A stretch of 64,000 nucleotides of DNA from an uncultured Bacteroidota bacterium (lineage in GTDB: Bacteria; Bacteroidota; Bacteroidia; Chitinophagales; Chitinophagaceae): contig CAVUHS010000002.1 in assembly GCA_963741345.1 (NCBI GenBank), forward strand, positions 260,003 to 324,002, given 5' to 3'. Below, one piece after another: positions 20,246 to 28,787 of the stretch. The first letter of the stretch is position 1; each line of letters starts with the position of its first letter. The position numbers and the translations under genes were made by a program. The notes under the pieces were generated by a model that was not told where the DNA came from, made no database searches, and saw only the letters and a list, made by a program, of their open reading frames with translations.

Positions 20246-21109
20246 CTAGGCGCCCAGCCTTTTTAATTTTCTGATTTGTAAAAACAGGTAAACTAAAACA
20301 CCCCAGACAAGTGCAATAACAGAGTATGCCATCCATTCCAACCAGAGAGGTGACCATCCTCTTCTCGCAAAAAGGGACCTTTTATTAAATTCAGAGATAT
20401 ATTGCGTAGGCTTCCCCCAGGGGACAGATTTTTCGGTTGTCAGGTTTCCATAGACATCATTGTCTTCTACTTTGGCAATAATGATCAGGTTCCCTGCAGA
20501 ATCTCCCGGCAGATCATTGCGTTTAAATTCAGCACTGATCGCACCCAGGGAGTCCGTCGTATAAGACGGCGTTTCACTTACATTTAAATCACCTCCTAGC
20601 CTCTTCACAGCAATTTTTAGATCTACTCCTTTAACGGGTGTCCAGAGTGAATCCTTGTATTCTGTTATAACGGCCGTAATATTCCGATCAGCAGCTGTAT
20701 CAATTTTGATTCGCGCTTTGGTAAGGTCAAAACTTGTCTGAACAGCATCGTATAATCCGGAGGAATCTGAAATAGCCAGAAAACTGTGTTTCCGCGATTT
20801 GTTCCATTCATCTTTTGCGGCAGCGGATATCAGCATGTTAGCCTGCCCCTTTTCGTTTGTTACCGTTTTGCCCAGCAAATTGTCCGCACTTTCTGAATTG
20901 ATATAAAATCGAAGGCCGATCCCGGCCACGGGTTGAAATTTTCCATTGATCTTAGTCTTAGTATTCGCCTTCAGATATTGCTGCTGGTTGTTGTCATTAA
21001 AATACCCGAGACCTAGAATCAGGTTGTTTTTTGCTGCCTGGGAAAATGCCAGGTCGGTTATAAAAACCGAAAATATGATGGAAAGGCAGATATATTTAAG
21101 CTTTTTCAT
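20246..21109 (-). CDS. Hypothetical periplasmic Ig-like protein with C-terminal membrane anchor
   Basis: Signal peptide, beta-rich body, C-terminal TM helix plus basic tail; overlaps nrfD stop. Confidence 0.65.
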   Translation of the reverse strand: MKKLKYICLSIIFSVFITDLAFSQAAKNNLILGLGYFNDNNQQQYLKANTKTKINGKFQPVAGIGLRFYINSESADNLLGKTVTNEKGQANMLISAAAKDEWNKSRKHSFLAISDSSGLYDAVQTSFDLTKARIKIDTAADRNITAVITEYKDSLWTPVKGVDLKIAVKRLGGDLNVSETPSYTTDSLGAISAEFKRNDLPGDSAGNLIIIAKVEDNDVYGNLTTEKSVPWGKPTQYISEFNKRSLFARRGWSPLWLEWMAYSVIALVWGVLVYLFLQIRKLKRLGA

Positions 21110-22403
21110 GCTCGTCAATTTCATCGATTGTTTCTTGAATTGGAATGATTGGAAAAATCCGGGCGAAAATGGTAACGATCAACATCATCCCGGCCAGGGA
21201 ACCCCCGGCTATTGCCCATTCTTCCCAGCTGGGGAAATAATGACGGTATGAAACCGGGACGTCACGCATCGGTAAAAAAGGATGCAACAAAGTCGGCGTA
21301 ACAATAAGATATCTTTTGAACCAGGAACCAACTACGACTAAGCTGCCGGCGATAAATGCCGGGAATGGTCTTCTGCCTTTTCTATTGACTAGAATAAGGA
21401 TCGGTAGAAACATCGAAGTTGAAATGGCGAACCAGAACACGGTTGAATATTCCCCGGTAAATAGTCCCAGCAAATGATCTGCATCCGTTTTTTTCATTTT
21501 GAATGCAGGTACCAGGAATTCGTTTACGTTAAAATAAAGATATATCAGGGCCAACAGGACTACTATTTTTCCCATCCGGTCAAAATTGTTTATGGTTATG
21601 TACTTATCTAGTTTATAAGCTTCACGGAAAACATACATCGCGACCAGTACTGCACCTGCCCCGACTAGAAATGCTCCTGAAATGAAATAAGCACCGAAGT
21701 TCGTACTATCCCAACCCGGGCGATAGGTCGTGGCGAAAAGCCAGGATGTTACCGTGTGAATAGCAAATGCAACTGGAATAATAGTAATGGACAACATATT
21801 GACAGACCGGCGATTTATTTTTTTTTGCTGCGGAGTACCTTTCCAGAACGACCCCAGAAATGCATACATTTTGTCGAGCCTGTTGCCTGCTTCTTTCTTA
21901 AATTTCAACATTATACTAAAGTCAGGTAAAAGCGGAAAATATAAAAGCAAAAGGCTGATAAAGAAATAAGTCGTAATGACGATTACATCCCAGATGATCG
22001 GGGATTGAAGCCGGCCATGAATGAACAGGTTATAAAATCTGTCTGGTCGGCCCATATCTACAACGATAATTATAGAGGCAAATGTGATTGCAGAAACAGC
22101 TATTATTTCGGCTATTCTTGTCAATGGGGTACTCCATTTTACATTACTCAAACGGAACACGGCTGTAATCAATGAACCCACCAGGCTGATTGCTACAAAG
22201 AAAACAAAATTGGATATATAGATCCCCCAGGACGCATAGTCCCGCATGGACGTAACGACCAGACCCTTTGATAACTGTCGTATATATGCAACCAATCCGA
22301 CAACACAAATAAAGAGCAATACGACAACCCATATTTTTCCCCGCCTGCCAAATTTTTTCGGAAGCAGATCTTCAATTACTTTCTGTCTGGCTAAAATTTC
22401 CAC
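21096..22403 (-). CDS. nrfD: NrfD/PsrC-family quinol-interacting membrane subunit
   Basis: WGIYISNFVFF, PLTRIAE, DMGRPDR, SPIIWD, HTVTSW motifs; multiple TM helices. Confidence 0.9.
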   Translation of the reverse strand: MEILARQKVIEDLLPKKFGRRGKIWVVVLLFICVVGLVAYIRQLSKGLVVTSMRDYASWGIYISNFVFFVAISLVGSLITAVFRLSNVKWSTPLTRIAEIIAVSAITFASIIIVVDMGRPDRFYNLFIHGRLQSPIIWDVIVITTYFFISLLLLYFPLLPDFSIMLKFKKEAGNRLDKMYAFLGSFWKGTPQQKKINRRSVNMLSITIIPVAFAIHTVTSWLFATTYRPGWDSTNFGAYFISGAFLVGAGAVLVAMYVFREAYKLDKYITINNFDRMGKIVVLLALIYLYFNVNEFLVPAFKMKKTDADHLLGLFTGEYSTVFWFAISTSMFLPILILVNRKGRRPFPAFIAGSLVVVGSWFKRYLIVTPTLLHPFLPMRDVPVSYRHYFPSWEEWAIAGGSLAGMMLIVTIFARIFPIIPIQETIDEIDEHEKA

Positions 22404-22406
22404 GGC

Positions 22407-23348
22407 TTATGATTTAATTTTTTCCTTTTTTTCTTCACCCTGATCATCTTTGTTTTCGAATGGAAAATTTCGGCTGACTGGTGGTAAATAATATACGCTG
22501 GGTTTTGTTCCAAGATCTTCCATTAAACGATATCCGGCTTTGTCACGTATCAGTTCACTAAAACGGAATGTTTCAGCCCCGTTAGTTACAGAATCCTCGA
22601 TCATGTCTCCGAAAAAGAAAACACCATTCGGACATGCTGAAACGCAATGGGGTAGTTCCCCTTTCCGGGTCATATCGGCGCAGAAATCACATTTGCTGAC
22701 TGTACCGATTTTTTGCGGGATACTGGTTTCACAGGAATAAGGCTGAGCTGCGACTTCCTTGGGTAACTCGGGTGTTTCCCAATTGAAGACACGCGTAGAA
22801 TACGGACAGGCGGCCATGCAGAAACGACAACCGATACATCGGTCACTATCGATCAACACAATTCCATCTTCGCGTTTAAATGTTGCATCCACCGGACAGA
22901 CCTTTACACAGGGAGGTTCATCACAATGCATACAGGTAGTGGGTTCCCAATAAGGAGCCGTATACTCTGCATCCTGCATGGGATAAATCTTGATCCAGTT
23001 GAGACCGGGATTTAAATCGTGGGCATGGTTACAGGACGATTGACAGGCTTTTACGCTTTTACAGCGGGAAAGATCAATTACCATGACAAATTTTTTACCC
23101 GGGATACCAATTCTGGCTTCAGCATTGGTAACAGGTGGCAGATCAGGAACGGGTCTTAAAAAGGCTTCATCCATTTCTATGACTTCGCCGTCTACTGACA
23201 GAAGTTTTACCATCTTTCCTGTAGGATGTGACAATTCATTCGCCCTGGCATCAAACGGATTTGGCTTTGAAGAACATCCTGCGAGTGTGGCACCAGCCAG
23301 CAATCCCGCCGCTAAGAAATCCCTTCTGGATGTATCATTTGTACTCAT
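22407..23348 (-). CDS. NrfC/DmsB-like iron-sulfur protein, Tat lipoprotein
   Basis: SRRDFL...LAGC; CMHCDEPPCVKVCP, CIGCRFCMAACP, CDFC...CVSACP; first Cys group degenerate (CKSVKAC). Confidence 0.92.
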   Translation of the reverse strand: MSTNDTSRRDFLAAGLLAGATLAGCSSKPNPFDARANELSHPTGKMVKLLSVDGEVIEMDEAFLRPVPDLPPVTNAEARIGIPGKKFVMVIDLSRCKSVKACQSSCNHAHDLNPGLNWIKIYPMQDAEYTAPYWEPTTCMHCDEPPCVKVCPVDATFKREDGIVLIDSDRCIGCRFCMAACPYSTRVFNWETPELPKEVAAQPYSCETSIPQKIGTVSKCDFCADMTRKGELPHCVSACPNGVFFFGDMIEDSVTNGAETFRFSELIRDKAGYRLMEDLGTKPSVYYLPPVSRNFPFENKDDQGEEKKEKIKS

Positions 23349-23367
23349 TGCACTCGTATTAATTCAA

Positions 23368-23637
23368 TTATTTTTTTACCCAGTCCCGCAATTCCTGATC
23401 GGAAACTTTTCCCTTCCTTGTTTTTATATTTGAAATGTCCACTTCTAACAGCTTCCCATCCTGTGATAACACTTTCATTGTTTGAGGTTCTTTCGGCGGG
23501 GCGCAAGAGATAACCTGTTTCTTTTTCGAAAACAGGCTGGTTGCTTTCAAGAGGGAAAAAAGAGAAAGTACGCCGATACTGGTCAGTAATTTTCTTCTGG
23601 TTCTTACTTCCGGATTTGTTGATGGTAGCTTTTCCAT
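23368..23637 (-). CDS. Small Tat-signal hypothetical protein
   Basis: TRRKLL plus hydrophobic stretch; lies in the operon; shares a motif with the FeS protein N-terminus. Confidence 0.7.
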   Translation of the reverse strand: MEKLPSTNPEVRTRRKLLTSIGVLSLFSLLKATSLFSKKKQVISCAPPKEPQTMKVLSQDGKLLEVDISNIKTRKGKVSDQELRDWVKK

Positions 23638-23701
23638 ATTACTTATTAACAGGCATGGCAGGTCGCTTTCCCATCCAGCCGGGTTTTTGGGAAGTATTAA
23701 T

Positions 23702-24103
23702 TTATTTTTTCAGCGTCCGCATATAGATTACCAGGTCCCATAAATCATCTGCATCCGGAATTTTCTTTTTGAAACTGGGCATATCATCCCGTCCTTCAGA
23801 AACTTTATAAAATAGTGAACCGTCAGACTGAGATTGAAAGGAGGCTACTGTCATGTCATTGGGCTGCGTTTTCAACTGGGCAGCTTTTGAACCATCTCCA
23901 AGGCCAGTTTTACCATGACAGGAAGAACAATGCTGGCTCCATAATGCCTTGCCTGCTGTAATTGATTCTGAGGAAGATTTAACCGGATTTGGTGTTTTGG
24001 CCGCTTTTTCAGGAACAGGCCATGGTTTAGGCTGTTGATTTGTTCTAAAACCAACAGTAAGAAGGAATAATCCAGAGATAGCACTAAGAATAAGAACTTT
24101 CAT
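23702..24103 (-). CDS. Periplasmic monoheme cytochrome c
   Basis: Signal peptide; CSSCH; distal Met in DDMPSF. Confidence 0.92.
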   Translation of the reverse strand: MKVLILSAISGLFLLTVGFRTNQQPKPWPVPEKAAKTPNPVKSSSESITAGKALWSQHCSSCHGKTGLGDGSKAAQLKTQPNDMTVASFQSQSDGSLFYKVSEGRDDMPSFKKKIPDADDLWDLVIYMRTLKK

Positions 24104-24154
24104 AATTTGAAATTTGATGAAACTTTGTCGAAATAAATTTTCATTAATAAGGCA

Positions 24155-25084
24155 TTAAAAATTCCAAAGCCTTGAGATATTAAATCCAATCACGAACTGA
24201 CCTTTTCGGTAATCATTCTGATTGAAGACGGTATTATTAGTCGGTAGCGTGTATCCATAGTTACCCGCAAAAATCTGAAAATCATGACCGCTGGTTGACA
24301 TTTCTAACCCGAGACTGATGTTTGGTTCGGGATTATTCGTAACATTTTGAGTAAGCGGTTGGTCGAAATTGAAGATAATTGCCATCCCAGGAGTAATTTG
24401 ATATCTGCCTCCTGCGCAGAAAGTCCAGTTGTTATTCTGCATCTGCGACTGGATCTTTCCGGTGGAGTCGTAATAGCCAGCCACATTATTGAAATGAGTA
24501 ATGGCAATACCGACCTGGAGAGACAGTTTATCATTTATTTTCCGCGCTATCAGGAGCTGGTTGAAATAACTGAACCGGTCTGCAGTTGTAACAATATAAT
24601 TACTGTTGCTGGCTTTCGTTGTATTCATAGCCATCAGGCCATAATAAGTAACAGAAACGGGCATGGAACCATCCTTCGTTTGTTTCAGGAGTGCATATTT
24701 CACGTTTCCGTTCACTTCCATATTATAGTTGCCGAATCCAAATCCGACCTGCAAATCCTTAACCGGCACATAGCTCATCGCAAACTGCATATTAGCCGTT
24801 TCAAAAATTCCAAAAAAATTAGAAATACCAGCATTAACGGTTCCAAAATGGTGCATGATATAAAACTCGAAAGTCTTTTTAATCGGTACCATTACAGTCT
24901 GATCGTCTATCAGGTAGTTGGAACCAAAAGTATTTTTCGTATAAGACTTCATCTTTTTTACCAGCACAACTGCCGCAGTAGAGTCCTGGGCCATCAGATC
25001 CGTAGAATCGGTTACGATAACTACCGCCAGCATCAGGAATGCCCTGAGGCAGGCTGATGAATAATAAGATAATATTTTTCGCAT
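24155..25084 (-). CDS. DUF5777-family outer-membrane beta-barrel
   Basis: HHFG, SYFNQLLIARK, STSGHDFQIF; C-terminal GFNISRLWNF; ATG 25084. Confidence 0.82.
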   Translation of the reverse strand: MRKILSYYSSACLRAFLMLAVVIVTDSTDLMAQDSTAAVVLVKKMKSYTKNTFGSNYLIDDQTVMVPIKKTFEFYIMHHFGTVNAGISNFFGIFETANMQFAMSYVPVKDLQVGFGFGNYNMEVNGNVKYALLKQTKDGSMPVSVTYYGLMAMNTTKASNSNYIVTTADRFSYFNQLLIARKINDKLSLQVGIAITHFNNVAGYYDSTGKIQSQMQNNNWTFCAGGRYQITPGMAIIFNFDQPLTQNVTNNPEPNISLGLEMSTSGHDFQIFAGNYGYTLPTNNTVFNQNDYRKGQFVIGFNISRLWNF

Positions 25085-25094
25085 AGTGCTTGAT

Positions 25095-25496
25095 TTAGTT
25101 GTTAAGCGCTCCCTGATAGATCCAGTTATAAACCTTATCGTTGATGGCCGGGTCCGGACCACTTCCCAAAGGCATTACAGGTGATAATTTCCCGGTTAAC
25201 CACCCCATCAGTTCACTATTAGTCGGATCAAATGGAACGATCATGTCTTCATCAAATAGAGACTGGTAAGCGAACCCTTGTGACAAATTGGGTGTTTGTC
25301 CGCCGGAGACATGGCAGCCGGCCTTTGCACAACTAGCCGTGAAAATGGGTTGAATTTCCTTCGAAAAGCTGATGGTAGCCGTATCTATGGGAATCGGGGA
25401 TTCTTCTACTACCGTGGTATGCTTTGTACAGCCAGGAATTGTAAACATTCCTATGATAGCCAGGCCCGCTGTGAATGACATAATTTTCTTAAACAT
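25095..25496 (-). CDS. Lipoprotein cytochrome c with atypical CX4CH motif
   Basis: Lipoprotein signal; ISFSKEIQPIF..CAKAGCH; VMP; WIYQGALNN. Confidence 0.75.
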   Translation of the reverse strand: MFKKIMSFTAGLAIIGMFTIPGCTKHTTVVEESPIPIDTATISFSKEIQPIFTASCAKAGCHVSGGQTPNLSQGFAYQSLFDEDMIVPFDPTNSELMGWLTGKLSPVMPLGSGPDPAINDKVYNWIYQGALNN

Positions 25497-25530
25497 GATT
25501 ACTAACTTTTATATTAGGAAATCCTGGTTT

Positions 25531-26877
25531 TTATTTTTTGAATTTCAACAGCAGATTTGGCTGGATTCCGTGCTGATTGTTCGATTGGTTCCAGATCGCG
25601 AGCCCGAATTGCTGATCCTGCAGGCTGGTGAAATCTATGTCCTGTTTCAATGTATCCCCGGTTTTTAATTTGCGACTATATTCTATGATCCAACCACTTC
25701 CGGTATATTTTGCGAAGCAGGTAATATCGGCCCTTCCACCCTGCAGAGGAGAGGCAATATAACTGGGGAAGCATTTCGGGCCGTCTCCGCCATAAACCGG
25801 ATCGCCGGTTCTCTGGTAATCGGTACCGACGTTTGGATCTATCGTCCCGCCTCCTGTATAGGTTAAGACACCGTTTGAGTCTACTCCTGTCACCTTAAAT
25901 GCTTTTCCGCCAGGTAAGGTATCGGTGGCCAGTATATAATAATATGCTGACTGATTAGGTATGATCCAGGCAGGAACTGTTACAGAAGCACCTGTGCCGT
26001 TCAGTTTTAGATTCTGTCTGTTATTGCTGGCTCCCTGTGGAGGTGTGGAAGCAGTATAAGTAGGTGCAAAGGGCCAGGTTGTTGAAGCTCCCGACACGGT
26101 TATTCCATCAACGTGACGTCCGTTTCCGGAACCCCCCACCAGGCTGGTTACAGCAGGGCCACCGGCCCAGTCCTGATAATTATCATCCATCTGGTTGAAG
26201 ATGACATCCCTGCTTAAGTGCGCCCACCACATATCAATTTTTTCATAGGCGCCATTCGTATAATGATTCCCGCTGCCTGCATTGGATTTTACAACAGTCG
26301 GTGTAACAGAAAAATCTGTATAGGGTGTAAAAACATGGCAGCTGCCATAGCAGGTTTCTGAAATAAACTTGGGTGTGGAAAAATCGATATTCCATAACAT
26401 GGCTATCTTATCTTCTCCAAATCCGCCTCTTGTAACCTGTCCGTTGTTATTATAAGTATTACTAGTCGGTTCCTGCGTCCAGAGCTTTTTTCCGGGGTCA
26501 AAATACCATGTCGCCACGTATACACTGTTAGTATTATCAGCATACTGAACCAGGAAATAGATGTTATTATTGTCATACATGGACTGAATGGTAGCAGGAT
26601 ATTGATCCCCGATATATCCGGTAAAAAGATTATTTCCGGGATCAGGTACTGTCGGAACAATATTAAGTTTTGCCGCACTATCCCAGATTGCGTCGATCGT
26701 TCCATCAATAGCCGGGGCTGTCGGTGTTTTATAAGACAATAGCTCCGATGTGCTGGGAGTATTAGTTGGTGGCGGTGTAGTTGGCGTTGCCCCCCCTATT
26801 ACCTGATCGGTTTTTGTACAATACATAAACAGGAATGTAGAAGAAACAAACAGTATCAGGATTAAGACTTTTTTCAT
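25531..26877 (-). CDS. Ethylbenzene-dehydrogenase-related (EB_dh/DOMON-like) heme lipoprotein
   Basis: Lipoprotein Cys; APAIDG..D..W, EDKIAMLW, CYGSCH, DMWWAH, W.IEYSRKL.TGD. Confidence 0.78.
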   Translation of the reverse strand: MKKVLILILFVSSTFLFMYCTKTDQVIGGATPTTPPPTNTPSTSELLSYKTPTAPAIDGTIDAIWDSAAKLNIVPTVPDPGNNLFTGYIGDQYPATIQSMYDNNNIYFLVQYADNTNSVYVATWYFDPGKKLWTQEPTSNTYNNNGQVTRGGFGEDKIAMLWNIDFSTPKFISETCYGSCHVFTPYTDFSVTPTVVKSNAGSGNHYTNGAYEKIDMWWAHLSRDVIFNQMDDNYQDWAGGPAVTSLVGGSGNGRHVDGITVSGASTTWPFAPTYTASTPPQGASNNRQNLKLNGTGASVTVPAWIIPNQSAYYYILATDTLPGGKAFKVTGVDSNGVLTYTGGGTIDPNVGTDYQRTGDPVYGGDGPKCFPSYIASPLQGGRADITCFAKYTGSGWIIEYSRKLKTGDTLKQDIDFTSLQDQQFGLAIWNQSNNQHGIQPNLLLKFKK

Positions 26878-26943
26878 AACAATAATTTTTTCAACTGCTC
26901 TTTAATAAGGCCGTAAAGTTTGCTAATTCATTGTTTTTTATTC

Positions 26944-26980
26944 CAAACAACGATCATGGTTTGTTATGATTTAAATCATA
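26944..26980 (-). promoter_or_regulatory. FNR/Crp-like palindrome with a half-site 22 bp away
   Basis: Perfect palindrome TATGATTTAAATCATA at 26965-26980; half-site ATCAT at 26953-26957; upstream of the redox operon. Confidence 0.65.
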
Positions 26981-27201
26981 TTAATACCGTATTGCGTTTA
27001 TTTATAAAGGTTAGTGATCGTCCAGTTATGGAAAGCAAGGGTGAAACAGTTATATGGAAAGTATAACTTGAGTTATATTAGGGAATTTCCAGGCCGATGG
27101 GATATTGCAAACGAAATGGGCTGTTTCAGCCCATGATGACTTGAATTCCGGAGAAGGTGATCCGGTTCCGGAATCTGGAATATCAAAAGCACTCTTAATT
27201 C

Positions 27202-28572
27202 CTATACAGGCCTTAATTTAGCCGTAAAATGCCGGAGCATGGGAGCTTCTTCAATAATATCAAGGCCCTTGATTTTGCTCCTGTTATTAAAGACCTCGAT
27301 AATTACTTCAGCGACATAGTCGATATGGCTTTGTGTATATACCCTTCGGGGAATGGCTAAACGGACAAGTTCCAGGGATGCCGGGATAAGATTTTTGTCC
27401 TCATCATATTTCCCAAACATGAGTGATCCGATTTCAACACTTCGGATTCCGCCATGCAGGTATAGGGCCCCTACCAGGGCCTGACCAGGGTATTGGGAAA
27501 CGGGAATATGAGAAAGGAAATTTTTAGCATCCAGGTAAACTGCATGCCCACCGGCAGGCTGCATAATCGGCACACCGGCAGAAATTAATTTATTAGCGAG
27601 GTATTCGATGCTCCGGATACGGTACTGCAAATAATTTTCTTCCATTACCTCTTTCAAACCGATTGCAATGGCCTCCAGGTCGCGGCCTGCAAGTCCACCA
27701 TAGGTGGGAAAACCTTCCGTAATGACGAGAAGATTGCGGCATTTCAGTGCAAGTTCTTCGTCATGCATGGCGAGGAAGCCACCTATATTCGCGAATGCAT
27801 CTTTCTTTGCGCTCATCGTGCAACCATCGGCGTAAGAAAAAAGCTCATGTGCAATCGCTGAAACCTGCTTTTTATCGTAACCCACTTCTCGTAATTTTAT
27901 AAAATAGGAATTCTCCGCAAACCTACAGGCATCAATGAAGAGCGGGATCTTATTTTTGTTGCAAATTCTTTTTACCTCCCGGATGTTTTGCATACTGACC
28001 GGCTGGCCACCACCGGAATTGTTGGTCACTGTGATGATACAAAGTGGGATATTCATAGCTCCCTTTTCCTCAATAAATTTCTCCAGAGCGATCGTATCCA
28101 TATTCCCCTTGAATGGTGCAGGGATGCCAGGATGCTTTCCCTCATCACAAATCAGATCCACACCTTCGGCGCCGGAAAACTCAATATTAGCACGGGTTGT
28201 GTCAAATAAAGTATTGCTCACAAAATATTTTCCTTTCCCCCCGAGAATGCTGAACAAAATTTTTTCCGCCGCTCTTCCCTGGTGGGTTGGAATGATTAGT
28301 GGCATTCCGGTGATCTCCTGTATGGTTTTTTCAAAACGAAAAAAACTTGGGCTTCCGGCATAGGACTCATCCCCATGCATGATCCCGGCCCACTGACTGC
28401 TGCTCATGGCACTTGTACCACTGTCGGTAAGCAGGTCGATCAGCACATCCGTGGAATGAATCAGAAAGGGATTATAAAATGCCTTCTCCAGTATTATTTT
28501 TCGTTCCTGCGGAGTATTGAAATAGATGGGTTCAACGGATTTTATCCTGAATGGTTCAATAATTGTTTTCAT
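27202..28572 (-). CDS. tnaA: Tryptophanase
   Basis: EPFRIKSVE, DLLTDSGT, MSAKKD PLP lysine; FDTT and LRHFTA distinguish it from tyrosine phenol-lyase (FTTT, LRFFTA); ATG 28572. Confidence 0.9.
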   Translation of the reverse strand: MKTIIEPFRIKSVEPIYFNTPQERKIILEKAFYNPFLIHSTDVLIDLLTDSGTSAMSSSQWAGIMHGDESYAGSPSFFRFEKTIQEITGMPLIIPTHQGRAAEKILFSILGGKGKYFVSNTLFDTTRANIEFSGAEGVDLICDEGKHPGIPAPFKGNMDTIALEKFIEEKGAMNIPLCIITVTNNSGGGQPVSMQNIREVKRICNKNKIPLFIDACRFAENSYFIKLREVGYDKKQVSAIAHELFSYADGCTMSAKKDAFANIGGFLAMHDEELALKCRNLLVITEGFPTYGGLAGRDLEAIAIGLKEVMEENYLQYRIRSIEYLANKLISAGVPIMQPAGGHAVYLDAKNFLSHIPVSQYPGQALVGALYLHGGIRSVEIGSLMFGKYDEDKNLIPASLELVRLAIPRRVYTQSHIDYVAEVIIEVFNNRSKIKGLDIIEEAPMLRHFTAKLRPV

Positions 28573-28637
28573 CCAAAAATGATTTTTTAAAAAGACAAGA
28601 TGTGATATAACTACAAAGCAGGCGGGAGAATGAGCAC

Positions 28638-28676
28638 TCAGGAGGGTCGTCCGATAATGTTTTTCCAGATTTGCAT
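28638..28676 (-). CDS. Candidate Trp-containing leader peptide MQIWKNIIGRPS
   Basis: 12-codon ORF beginning 4 nt after TATCTTTG and ending 65 nt before tnaA. Confidence 0.45.
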   Translation of the reverse strand: MQIWKNIIGRPS

Positions 28677-28680
28677 GCCG

Positions 28681-28688
28681 CAAAGATA
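28681..28688 (-). promoter_or_regulatory. Bacteroidota -7 promoter element for tnaA
   Basis: TATCTTTG matches TAnnTTTG exactly. Confidence 0.6.
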
Positions 28689-28787
28689 TTGGTTATTTAA
28701 CACCCATAGCTAACAGGGACTCTGTCATCACTTAATAAAAAACCGCGAAGTTTCTTTACTTTTAGATTCGCCACTGCGGTAATACAA

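Noticed and set aside
20246-24103. Alternative complex III, Nrf or Psr operon
   Set aside because: No pentaheme ActA, ActB molybdopterin-like domain, NrfA or PsrA
24347-25057. 236-aa plus-strand ORF and the many other short antisense ORFs in the track
   Set aside because: They lie opposite or inside well-supported genes and have no recognisable motifs
27202-28683. Tyrosine phenol-lyase call, and the 37-aa N-terminal extension from TTG 28683
   Set aside because: FDTT and RHFT residues indicate tryptophanase; family similarity starts at MKTIIEPF and the extension overlaps the promoter
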